From Craspedostauros australis (Eukaryota), in the NCBI GenBank assembly GCA_030167865.1, contig JALAGF010004049.1:1-64000 (forward strand): a stretch of 64,000 nucleotides of DNA, given 5' to 3'. The position numbers and the translations under genes were made by a program. Below the pieces are notes generated by a model. That model saw nothing but the letters and a program-made list of their open reading frames with translations. It was not told the DNA's origin and did no database searches. Of this stretch, positions 36,391-47,800 are shown in pieces; position 1 is the stretch's first letter; each line of letters opens with the position of its first letter.

Positions 36391-38661
36391 TCAGATGGCG
36401 TTCATCATGTTGGCACCACGAGCAAACGAGCCGGAAGGTGCGCCGTTCATGCTCATGTTCATGTTGACGTTGATGTTCATAGCATGGCCGCTGCCATTGC
36501 CGTTGGTGTTACCGTTCATGTTGGCACTCGCTTGGCGCTTGGCCGCCGCCGCGTGCGATGATCGGAAGGAGGATGGTGGCGAGACTCGCGCCCTTCGCGA
36601 AGACTCCGGCTGGATGAGGTGACCGCGGTTCCCCCTGGCGTACCACACGAATCCCAGGTCCTCGAGACGCTTGGTGCGCTCGGTCGACAGCGCGGTGCGT
36701 TCGCCGCACTTGTTGAGCTGGAACTGGCGACGTTGGCACTTGACCCAGATGGCGAGCTGCGGGTTTGGTGGGTAACGCCGTGGGACCTTGCAGTGGCCGT
36801 ACTTGCAGTGGAAGTGCACGAGCTCCTGGAATCTCTCCTCCCAGATGGCGGCGTGAGAATCCCAGACGAAGTCGAGCTCCTCGAGAGCCCGTTGGCGATC
36901 ATCCGACAGCGTGGAGTGCTTGCCTTCCACCTTGCGGCGGTACTGGTGCCTTTGGCGTCGCACCCAGTGCGCGAGGGGCTTGTCACCGTCGGAGTTTGAG
37001 TTGGGGACGTGGCAGTGACCGAAGCGACGGCGGAACGCCACCAGCTCCTGGTACTTCTCGTTCCACTGCTCCGACTGGGTCGGGCCGTAGGACAGGGTGC
37101 AGGTCTTGCCGTTGGGCGTCGTGCTGGTCTCTGTGGTGGAGGTCCTCTTGGTCTTCTTCTTGGCGCAGGCGCCGTCCAGGCTGCCTCGCAGGACACCGGC
37201 GATGCCGGCGACGGCGTTGTGGTTGGCGCCACCGACGGGGAACTTGGCGTCCTGGAAGGCCTGCGATCCTGGCGAGATGACGTTGCTGAGCCACGATGTG
37301 GGAGCCCCAGCGTTGGCGGAGAGGGAGGACTGCAGCAGCTGGTTCTGCCTGGCGAAGCCGGTGAGATCCTCCGCGCCTCTCTGCTTGGCAGCGGCGCCAC
37401 CGAGACCGGTGAGGCTGGAGTCGATGGTCTGCAGGGTGTTCTCGCAGTCCTCGAGGGCGCTGAGCAGGAACTCCTTGGTGGTCTTGGCGGGTGCCGGGGA
37501 GTTGGGCACGCCTCCGGCGCCGTTGCAGGCTGCCCAGATGTCGGACTGGTTGGGGAAGATGTCGAAGCAACCGGCACCGGCGCCCCCCATCGCGGAACCA
37601 GCCGCTGGTGCAGGCTTTGCTGCGGACGCCCTGGAGGTGGCATCCGCGAGCCCGCCGAAGGAGCAGCCTTGCGTCGAGGCGATGGCGCTCATCATCATCA
37701 TGTCGTTGGCCGATGGGAGGTTCATGGAGGAGGAGGGGGCTCCCGTGACGGCTGCTGCGGCGAGCGCGGCTGCCATGCCGGAGTGGGAGGCATCTGCGCG
37801 ATGGTTGTCGGCGGCGAAGTCGGCCTTGGCGCCGTTGATGGGGGTTGGCTCGAGCGTCCAGCCGCCGAAGCCAGGAGCGGCGCTTGAGGATCCCGCGGCG
37901 TTGGCGCTGGCGCTTCCGGTCGCTGAGCCGATGCAGCTGGCGTGGGAGGGCTGGGCCTGGAGCTGCAGGAGCTTGGCGATCTGCTCCTCCTGGTCTCTGC
38001 GCTGCTGCAGCTGGTTCTGCTGCTGTCGCAGCTCGTCCTCCAGGAACTGCAGCTGCTTGAGCGTGTCGGAGAGCCTGAGCGGGTCGGACTTGCGCACGAG
38101 GAAGGGCGAGAGCAGGGCCTGGTCCGCATCGCCCTGGATGCCGCGCGAGTACTGCGGGCTGGCCGTGAGGGTGTCGAAGAGCTTGGGCTGGTCGATGAAG
38201 TGGCCGTGGCTGTCTCCGAACATGCTCGAGGCCGGGGTTGTCTGAACAGCACCCAGCGTGCTTCGGAGGGAGCCGCCGCGGGGAGCACCCAGCGGTGCGC
38301 CGACGCCAGAGGCTTGGGAGCCAGAGGCGAACGCATCCAGCATGTCCAGCTGGGCGGAGGTGGCCGTGGCCCCTCCTGAGACCATGCCGCTAGAGATGCC
38401 GCCAGAGATGCCCAGGGGTGGCTGGGAGAGCTTGGTGGACTGGAGGAAGGGGCTGCCTGGCATCATCATCTTGCTGAACCCGCTAGCGGCCGTTGCGGCG
38501 CCCATGCCCAGGCCGATGCTGGCTCCGCTCTGGCTTGCGCTGGCGCTGCCGGTTCCAGTGCTGCTGCAGTCGCTGACTTGGATCGGGGCGCGGGAGTGGC
38601 TGTGGGCATGTCCGTATCTGAACTTTGCCATGTCCATGTTGGATGACATCATGTTCTGCAT
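36391..38661 (-). CDS. HA-HA protein 3 (756 aa) with a Gln-rich coiled-coil segment
   Basis: GPTQSEQWNEKYQELVAFRRRFGHCHVP...LAHWVRRQRHQY and WEERFQELVHFHCKYGHCKVP...LAIWVKCQRRQF; very high GC3; LKQLQFLEDELRQQQNQLQQRR is coiled-coil-like. Confidence 0.93.
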   Translation of the reverse strand: MQNMMSSNMDMAKFRYGHAHSHSRAPIQVSDCSSTGTGSASASQSGASIGLGMGAATAASGFSKMMMPGSPFLQSTKLSQPPLGISGGISSGMVSGGATATSAQLDMLDAFASGSQASGVGAPLGAPRGGSLRSTLGAVQTTPASSMFGDSHGHFIDQPKLFDTLTASPQYSRGIQGDADQALLSPFLVRKSDPLRLSDTLKQLQFLEDELRQQQNQLQQRRDQEEQIAKLLQLQAQPSHASCIGSATGSASANAAGSSSAAPGFGGWTLEPTPINGAKADFAADNHRADASHSGMAAALAAAAVTGAPSSSMNLPSANDMMMMSAIASTQGCSFGGLADATSRASAAKPAPAAGSAMGGAGAGCFDIFPNQSDIWAACNGAGGVPNSPAPAKTTKEFLLSALEDCENTLQTIDSSLTGLGGAAAKQRGAEDLTGFARQNQLLQSSLSANAGAPTSWLSNVISPGSQAFQDAKFPVGGANHNAVAGIAGVLRGSLDGACAKKKTKRTSTTETSTTPNGKTCTLSYGPTQSEQWNEKYQELVAFRRRFGHCHVPNSNSDGDKPLAHWVRRQRHQYRRKVEGKHSTLSDDRQRALEELDFVWDSHAAIWEERFQELVHFHCKYGHCKVPRRYPPNPQLAIWVKCQRRQFQLNKCGERTALSTERTKRLEDLGFVWYARGNRGHLIQPESSRRARVSPPSSFRSSHAAAAKRQASANMNGNTNGNGSGHAMNINVNMNMSMNGAPSGSFARGANMMNAI

Positions 38662-40169
38662 GTTGCTGTCTGTTGATGTCTGTTGATGCTTGTTGATGTC
38701 TGTTGCTGTCTGTTGATGCCTTTGATGGGGATGATGTGAGATGGCTCAGTTGTGTTGTGGATGTTATGGTTTGTGTTGTTGTATTATTGTGTCTTTGTGG
38801 TATTGTGCGATTGTGTCTTTGTGCCTTTTGGGGATGTTGATGATCACCGATTGTGTCACTGTGGATTGTTGGTGGGCTTTTGGATTTTATGACCACAGGG
38901 AAACCGTTTGCGTTGTGTTATTTTGTGTTGTTTTGTTGGTTTGTTGGGTTGAGTTGTTGGTTTGTTGGGTTGGAGAATCGGCGGCACCGCCAATACGCAG
39001 CACGAGCAGCTGCACAAGTCGTCTGGTTGCGAGAAAGCAGAAGGTGCCAAACGCTTTGCATCCCTCCGCCATAGATTTCTCTCCGCCTTGGCGCCAGTAC
39101 CATCTCCACGCACGAGTACGAAGATTCTATGCGGTTGTGCACAAAGCAGAAAGGTGAGATTGTTGGAGGTGACAGGGAGAAAGAGAGAGCCAGTGTGATC
39201 TTCCCCTCCTCGGCGCCGAACTCGTGCTCGTGCCCGTTCTCATCTTGGAACTTACGCCTTGCATTCTGCTGTACGAACCCTACCAAGAAAGTCAGCCAAT
39301 GGTGCGCGTCACTGTGTCAGAACACTAGCACACCAGATCAGCGTACAATTGAGCAGGCACGCAGTATGAAGAGCAGACAAAGTTCGCAACACCAGGCAAC
39401 ACAGCAACAACGCGGAGGAAGAGCGACTGACAGATTTCTTGCCTGTGGTCACAAACGATGTTCTTCGTTTCCAGAGTGATCGGTCGACTGGGGTGATGGA
39501 AACAAGGGTACTCTTCGCTGGGTTGCGAGTCCGCAAGACATCGCATTGGTCCTGATTTCTGACAGAAACTACAGGTTCGCACGAACACCAACAAGCGGTC
39601 GTCGCCGGTCTTTTGAGTTCCATGCTCCTGCGCTGTGTTCATCGCTTCACGCTCACATGGCTGAACAGCATGGCGCAACACGGCTCAAAATGGCTCAACA
39701 TGGCTCAACATGCCCCAGACATCATCGGCACGTTAAACATCCTTGCCCCTTCAACCGTTGCCAAGGCACAGATGATCAGCCTGCAACCGTCCTTTTTCTT
39801 CCTCTGTGTCTCTAGATCTTGTTCGTGGTCTCTTGTGGTGGTGTTATGTTGAGGCTTTCTGCTCGTGGACTCATCTGCTCCGTAATCTTTATCTCAGCAC
39901 AGGGCGAGGAGGTCCTCCTTGGCCCAAGTTCGGAGAGCGCCATCTCCCCTGCTTCACTGCAACTAGGTGGTTCGATTTGAAGAGCACGATATTATGGGAG
40001 TTGAGGTAAATCGACATAAATTACATATATCCACTCGTGATTTGACATCTCAGAACTGGATCGAACAACCTCGAATGAGTTGCGTCACAACACAAATCAA
40101 CCGTACCCACGCCACAATAAACTTGCTGTTGTTCAGAACTATTACTACTACTACTACTACTGCTCTGCT

Positions 40170-41960
40170 ATGATTTGTGCTGATGTTGGTGCTAGATGTG
40201 ATGGTACACTGTTTGCACTAGGATCTGGCTTCATTGGGATGGATGGACATGTCATCCTTGGTGATGTCCTTCCGCTTGTGCGCTGCAGCACGTCAAGCAT
40301 GTCGCACCTTTTTCTTCGCAATTGGCGTCGCCTTCACCTTGTTGGTATCTTGGACACAAAGAGTAAATGCACACATGCCATAGAAGATTGGCATGTCATC
40401 ATCGTCAGAATCATCCTCGAAGATCTTCCCAACACGATCAGGGTCTGCTTGGCAATGAAGGAGCGTGATCGGATCGTCGTCCTCGCCAACCTTGGCATAT
40501 CCATTTTCAGGATCCACGAAATCCAGCTCAACCTTGCCTGGGAATGTGTCAGTGAGACTGACTGCATGCTTCTCTGTGTCATGCTCAGCCTTGTAGCAGC
40601 CCCAGAAGATATCAAAGTAGCTTTGGATTTGTGGGTCCAGGTTCCCAACTTGCAGATACTCCTCTGACACCCTGTACTTGGTGTTGTAGTTGTGCACATT
40701 CTTCGCGAAACTGACACTGATGGTGCTTTCATCGACAATCTTGAATTCAACGGAATTGACTGTCACTCCAAAAGGAACCTCGAAGTACACAATGTAGCCA
40801 GTTCACATGCTTGCGTGGCTTGTGGAAGAGTTGGGATCTGGAACCTGGATTGGGATGAAGTGCAATCCAGGGATCTCAGATGAGATCTTCCCACCACAAA
40901 CCTGAACCTTCTGGGACACAGCAAGATCTGCATCATTGTTCTCAATGGGATTCTTGAGGGTGGCCTTTTGTGCAGGCATCTTGCCATTCTGTGTGCTCGT
41001 GCTGGGCTTGAATTGGGCTGGGAGCTCTTTGAAGAGGACACAGGGAGGTGGTGCCGATGTACCAACAACATTGACTCCATCACTTGATTCGACAGTCTCG
41101 AGGGTGTACTCATCTTCATTTGCGTCACTGCTATCGATGGATTCGTTGGAAGCGGATGTTAGGTGGGCGACTGGACTGGTGTCTTGAGTGATGGGAGGGA
41201 TGTCAACTTTGGTGGGGTGGCTGTCCTCTCTTTCAATAGTATTGTATGACTCTGTTATGATCAGAGATTGATAGTCATTGTCTTCACCAATGTTGTAGTC
41301 TTTGTCTTCGCTGCTTTCATTGGTGTCATTGTCTGTGGATGGTGAGTTGTTCCTCTGTTGATTTGTCATCTTATTGCTGTAGTTCGCTTCATGTCCACGT
41401 GGAGGACTGTTGTCGCTTCCTGGCTGGAGAGAGAGAGCATTGATCGAGTCTCGGAACGTCTCGATTGCGTCCGAGTGTCCCAGACAATCCCAAACGTCCT
41501 CGGAACTCCTTCTCCAAGGCTGAGAAAGAGAAGCGGGAGGGATGTGAGTGGCCGTCACAAAATTCACACCGCAAGACAGGAAAATCACATCACCACACAA
41601 ATGATGCCATCATTCATCTCATCACTGTTGGCACTTACGTTCTCGCTGAGACTGATGCTTTTTGAAGCGATCGACACAGCTTTTGAAGTTGATTGCGAGG
41701 TTGCGGCGGAGGTAGTTCTTGCCCTTTGAATCAACCCAGTTGGTGTGTGTCTTGATGAACTCGCTGAAGGTCTGTGTGATGGAGTTGTTGATGAGACCTT
41801 TGATGATGTACACAGCATCATCAGAGTCTTGGTACCATTTTTGGAAACCGGATTTGTTGAAGATGGGATGTGTTTTATGCCGAGTTGGTTTCGTGCTGTT
41901 GTTGCGAGGTGTCATTGTTGTTGTGTTGTGAGACCATCCCTCACACCACAGACCAAGCAT
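40170..41960 (-). pseudogene. Fragmented ORF(s), probably the accessory gene of a DNA transposon
   Basis: Three consecutive protein-like minus-strand ORFs (41622-41960, 40803-41600, 40293-40790) in CpG-depleted sequence, next to a subterminal-like motif array and a transposase relic. No domain recognised. Confidence 0.5.
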
Positions 41961-42179
41961 GTGAAAGCAGCGTGCGAACAGGGAGAATTATAGCAAATCA
42001 AGTTACTTGCATGATTTGCTGCAACATCATCGCAAATGTGGTGTTGTCATGGCACTTCAGAAGAAAACATTCCAACCAAGTTGAGCAAACCCATGTGAGA
42101 ACTGAGCAGGCATTGCTTCACAAACATCAGAAGTGTAGCACTATCCAGGGCACAGTGCTCAGTTGGTGGGGAGCATAAA

Positions 42180-42535
42180 TTCGAGGGAATTTCCAGCATC
42201 GCAGGAGAATCTGTCTAGATTGCAAGGGAAAGATTGGAGGTCGCAGGGGCAATTCTGAGAATGCCAAGGAAATTGCTGCAATGGGAGGGAACTTTTGGAG
42301 TTACTGGGGAAATTTCGAAACAGGAGCAACATGATGATGTGAACAAATGTACGCAAGTGTACAAAGTCATGGACATATTCATGAGGGAAATTGCAAGGAA
42401 ATATCATGTCCCAACACTCCCCAACACTATGCGAGTTTCCCCTACGATGGAATAATTTCCCTGACGGTGTTGTTTACTTCCCCTACGGCCCCCACTTTTC
42501 CCCCTGAAGACTCGTTTTTTCCCTCACGAGTGTGT
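42180..42535. repeat. Array of short AGGGAAAT-like motifs in both orientations; probable transposon subterminal repeats and end
   Basis: About 7 GCAGGGAAATT-like units roughly every 20 bp (42182-42326), then about 5 inverted TTTCCCCTACG-like units (42436-42529), ending CCCTCACGAGTGTG. Confidence 0.6.
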
Positions 42536-43510
42536 CATCGAACCAGTCAAGACAAGTAATGGTCTCTGTCATATTGAATAATGCATGGACACATGAAATA
42601 GATGAACATGACATTCACAACATTCGTTACAGGCACACAAGACTCCCACCAGAGCCGATACTGCGCACCAGACATGAACCACTACTATGGTTCATGTGAA
42701 GCAGTAGCACCAATATTGTTAAGTAGAGCACAGGAGACAACTGTTGATTGCAGCATTCATAACATTTTTAATCACACACATGCAACATCGTTCTGTCTCA
42801 ATATACATTATTTGAATGAAGTATGCGCCTGCCGTATCGCGAAGATATCCATACAACAGCTTTGTAGCCATAGTTGTGAGTTTTTACCGGTGTGGGAATG
42901 TATCCCCCAAGCCAAGTCAGCAGGGCAAGCCATGGGCTCGGACATTTGGGAACAAGAGGGAAGCCTGTGGTTCAGCGAGGCCGCTGCCCGATTCTTGACA
43001 ACCAAGTAGAACAAGTCGCAGCATGAGGACTACGCATGTCGCCTTGGCGTGTGAAAACTGATCCAAGTGGTGATACTTGCTGCTGTTCACCCAGGAGCTT
43101 CCTCAGTGCAACATGAAAGAAGCGCATTGCAAATCATGACATTGGTTGGCTGTGGAGCCCTGTGCCATGCTCATGCATCAGCAATAGCCATGACAACCCA
43201 GAACTGCTCACATTTTCAATTTCCACCATCAACATCAAAGCCAAGATGGCATGATCACCACAGACTACACCTCATGGATGCTCAGGCAATCAATGGAGGC
43301 AGCATCACCAGCCCACGCATGCAAATCAATAACCACAACCATCAATCACACACTCCATCCAACAAGCACAATCTTGATATCTATTCCCATTGGCTCCTCC
43401 ATTTCCATCACCATGGCCTGTATCAGCACAAATCTGTATTTTGCTAAGTATATTACTCCTGTAGCCCCCACTATCTAAAAATGTCACTGGTGTTTGGTTC
43501 AGCAATTGCA

Positions 43511-43580
43511 ATGACTGTAGCTCAACAGTAGAGCACCAGTAATTCTCACCAAGGTTCCGGGTTCAAATCCTGGCATGGTA
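43511..43580 (+). pseudogene. tRNA-like sequence (tRNA pseudogene or SINE-type head)
   Basis: A-box TAGCTCAACAGTAGAGC (D-stem GCTC/GAGC) and B-box T-arm CCGGG-TTCAAAT-CCTGG at tRNA spacing. The acceptor and anticodon stems pair poorly, so it is not a functional tRNA. Confidence 0.7.
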
Positions 43581-43639
43581 CTTTGCTTTTGCTTTCCCTT
43601 TGTGATTTTTTCAATAGTGCTCTTTCAGCCTGCACCAGC

Positions 43640-44677
43640 ATGCCTGCCAGCAAGGCCAGCAAGTTGAGCAATCGAAGCTCAAGGTTGATCAAGGACAAGA
43701 AGGAGAGCACCAGGATCACAAGGCAACAACAACAGTTACTTTGCTCCCAATACTCATAAGCTGGCTTTGAGTTCATTGGATTCTTCTTGATGGGGAGCCT
43801 GCTCCCCAAGAATGGCTGGTTGGAAACATCCAGGAGAGCATTCATTGTATGGTTTGGCATCACACCCAAGCTGTACAAGGAGGTATGGAATTGATGTGTG
43901 CTCCCTGCCAAGGCACAACTGAAGCACCTGTTCTGGGCTCTTCACTTTCTGAAGAATTACCCAACATATGATGAAATGAAAGCAACTTTTGCAGCTGATC
44001 CACACACACTTCGAAATTGGATCTGGCAATTGATCACCTCCATGCAACAATGATACAAAGAAGTGGCAAGTGACTTCATGCTGTGCTTTGTTCTGCCTTT
44101 TGCAATGTACCCAATGCCTGCATTCAATCCAATAGTTTCTCACACTTGTTTCCAGATCAAATGGCGCACCTGTTTGAATTCATCAAAACCTTGAACTTGT
44201 CACATTACTGTGGATGGAACGGATTTCCGCATCCATGAGCCAACACCATTCAGCTCAAAGTGGTACAGCCACAAATTCGAGATGTCTGGGTTATGGTATG
44301 AAGTTGCAATATCCATTCAAACAGGCCACATTGTTTGGGAATTTGGCTCTTTTCCGCATGGCAAGTGGTCTGATCAATAGATCTTCAAAGCCTTCCCTGC
44401 AAAGAGACTGATGAAGGGAGAATGTGTTGAGGCCAATGGGGAACGGTGGGCCCATGTGCTGAAGGCAATGCACTATGTGTCCAAGTTGAACCAACGAGCA
44501 AAGTTGAATGCTCGTGCACACCATGAAACTATCAACAGGCAGTTCAAGAGATGGGCGATCCTGGGTGACATGTGCCGATCAAGCCGCGACTGCCACAAGG
44601 AAGTATTCAAGACAATTTCTTTCCTCACACAACTTTCCATCCAATCTGGAGGCTTCTGCCCATATCAAGCAAAATGA
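43640..44677 (+). mobile_element. PIF/Harbinger (ISL2EU-like, DDE_Tnp_4) transposase pseudogene
   Basis: Hand translation: KHLFWALHFLKNYPT...TLRNWIW, then intron 44066-44155 (GCAAGT...TTCCAG), then HITVDGTDFRIHEPTPFSSKWYSHKFEMSGLWYEVAISIQTGHIVW...GKWSDQ*IF...VEANG...AHHETINRQFKRWAIL. Several in-frame stops. Confidence 0.9.
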
Positions 44678-44874
44678 TAGAGTTGAGGGTGATTCACATC
44701 CTTCTTTTGAATGCTACATTCACTTCATTGTGTAGTTGACATGCTGCAAACAACGACTCCTTGCACTGCCTTGGTGTGGGCTGCATTATTCGTTCGATGT
44801 GGGACTGACAAACAGAAAGCCAACGTGAACGGGGTTTTGCTGGAACCGTGATTCAACTTGTTCTTCTCGGAAAT

Positions 44875-44890
44875 AATATATATATATATA
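44875..44890. repeat. (TA)n microsatellite
   Basis: Direct reading; lies near the right edge of the CpG-depleted block. Confidence 0.85.
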
Positions 44891-47800
44891 CGTTTACCTC
44901 AGATCCCTGCTACAATGTAGATTGGTGGCGCAATTTGAATAGCGCGTTATTCTGGGTAGGACAACAGACATGCACGCCCCTTGTACGGGAAGGTGTCGCG
45001 TCAATCCCATCAAGGAACCAACGCGCTTCACAACACTTCGCAACGCTTCGGAACGGGTCATCACCGTACGAGTACCCTCATCTGGTGGATGCATCCACGT
45101 TGCGCCATGCGTTGCCGTCCCGCTTTGTCCAACAGCATCTTCCTCCTCGTACGCTCTCGTGCCATCTTCGTGCTTCCACCATCGCGACAGTACGGATGGT
45201 GCATGTCGCCGAAACGATGACGAACACAACAACAAGGAGGTCTTGTTTCTGCGCACGAAGGGATCCGTCGAAGTGAGGTTGCTGTGCGAGGAATCGTGCA
45301 CGTCTCCGTCCAACAGACTAAACCAGGTTGGGACTGCGATTTCGACCCTCCAAAGCGACATGAGCATGGACTGGGGTGGCCATTAAATCATCCACTGGCT
45401 TCTGTTGGGAACGGCAGCCTTTTCCATGAAGGAGGCAGGAGGAGAAGCAACCGATACGCGCAAGAAGGATGTAAAGTTTTGTGATGTTCTAAAACGTGGG
45501 TCCAGTTCCGATCCTGTGTGGAACGGGTGCTGGTGCGGGTACGCACGGCTCCGTTCCGTTCCTTGTCCCTTGAACCATTGAAGTCCCTGGCCGTTCTCGT
45601 TGCCGCCGTTTCTGTCATAGTCGCAGTTGGGCTTCAATGTCAGTTCGTCATTTCTCGTCTTTTTCAGTGTTGGCGGATTGTGGTCATTCCCATCCTCGAT
45701 GGCGCCTTGTGACGCACTCTGTGTGGTGTTGTGAGGTATCACAATTGCACGATCATTCTTGGCATGCCCGTTGCGCCAATTTGTGGCGCCATTTTGGGAA
45801 TGGGACCCTCCTTGAGCGAATGACGTCCCTGACGCGGGCCTGACGTTGACGGAATGGTTGCCGGACACAATTATGCTTGTGCAACGAATGAAGATGGGTA
45901 AAGAATGTCGCGACAAGATCAATGTTCGACCAGCGAAACGCCTTTTTTGTCGGTTGAAGGCACTGTGACAACGTGGTCGTCCCACCGGCACTCAAAAAAG
46001 TCAATGTTGCTTTTCCGCAATCGCCCTGCCTTCCTCTCACTTGCCAAAATGACCTGCGTTGTTGGCACCAGGATTGGAGCGCTGGAATGGTGGAATGCTG
46101 AAGGAGAAACACAATGCCAGAACCAAAGCTAAAGCAGGTGTGCTCGCCAGATGTCGCGGAGATTCCAATCACTGTACTATCTGCGCAACCTATTCTATAG
46201 TGGGAGATCAAGAGCCAGGCGGAGCAGAGTCTCTCTCTCGAACGAACGAACGAACGAATGAAGGAAAGCCCAGGGAGACGGGTGATGGCAGTAGCAAAGC
46301 GGCATGGTGCTGACACTGAGGCTCCCGGTATCATCATGGTATCATCGCGGTTGCCGGGGCCCTCTTCTCCCTCGAGGGTAGCGTGTATCATACCATTCAC
46401 ATACCGATAGCACAGCGCTTCCTCTCGTGGCCATGATGGCGGGGACCGACACGAATCAGTGAATGAATTGAGTACTCTGTGTACCAGAATACTGCACCTC
46501 TTCCCCACGAGGAGAATGCGGTATTCCAGTCTCACGCTTTGGCGGTTCCAGAAATCGCCATCACGGCCTCATCGGCTTCCTTCCTCTATCTGCATGTGAT
46601 CTGCACGCAAAATCCCAGCAAGCTACGGTTGGTGATGTTCCTATTCGCATCGTACGAACACGCACTGCCGAGGTCGACGATTTGCTGCACGACGAGGTGA
46701 TTGGCAGGGTGCGTCGGCGTCAAAGTGACGTTGGAGCCATCCATGCCCATCACCGCGTTCATCACCGCGCCCATCACGACGTCGCGACCCCTGGCCGACT
46801 CTGGGGCTTTCTGTGCCGGCCTGAGAACACAGCGCTCCGACCTTTCTCACGAGATCTGTCGGGTTCTGCGATTCGGATTCTCGTGGCCCAGTGATGCTCA
46901 GCAGCGTCCCATACTCGTACCAAACCAATGACTTCTCTCTGGGACGCGAAGGAGGAAGAGCATTCGTACCCAATCCTGAGTCGCAGGATGCGTATTTGTA
47001 CGATCGTTGCGTTGGGCCTGTTTTGTGCGGAAGCGATGGGATGATGCACCATACGTGAATGTGATGTCAGGATGTTGTGACCATTCATTCATCCTGTCTC
47101 CAAGGAGATCTCCTTGGAGATCGACACACCACTCGTCCAACCCGGAAAGGAAAATAGTGTCTTTCTTCTGCCCATGGGCAATCAGATCCGTCCTGTGACC
47201 AATCGACTACTCCAGGGAGGAAAGTAATGGAGTGGTATTTGTATGGTGCGAGTGGAGCATCCGAACCGTGTCGTCACAGAGTTCTATTCTACTTTGAATT
47301 CCTCTTCCCGAGATGCTTGCACCATGGAGGAGGACAAGAACAAGACAGGCCATCGTAATAGGTAAGCAGACAGACCACCGAGGCACCAAAAGACGAAGGA
47401 TACTTGGATCCGCAGAACGCATCGTACGAAATTGTATCGTATCGTATCGCAGTTGTGGGAGGAGAATGATGGGTGTGGACCGCTGATCTGCAAACCCGCA
47501 TCTCACGCTCCTACTTCGACGTCCACTTGCATTCTGCGCATCGGTTCCGTCTTCCAGACGATCCGATGAAGAATACAACACGAAAAATCTCCAATCAAGT
47601 ATCGACTTCCGCTGCTGGGAAGCAACGCAAAGGCAAAGCACAGTGCTCCACGTATCTTTGGCATGGAGAAATGGATAGAGTAGCGCAGAGCAGAGGAGCT
47701 TGTGTCTCCACCCGTTTCTCCACTCCATCCCACTCCACTCTCGCTTCTACTCTCATTTTTCATGGTACTGGTGCTCTTGCAAACACTGCAGCTGGAGCGG

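Noticed and set aside
36516-38686. Long overlapping and antisense ORFs over HA protein 3 (also over 4187-7039 and 57234-59246)
   Set aside because: Expected shadows of high-GC3 coding sequence; no independent domain signal.
42180-42535. CRISPR-like array
   Set aside because: The units are only about 10 bp and degenerate, with ~10 bp gaps, no cas genes and a eukaryotic context. They fit transposon subterminal repeats better.
43511-43580. Functional tRNA gene
   Set aside because: The acceptor and anticodon stems do not pair and the anticodon loop is non-canonical. Kept only as tRNA-like.
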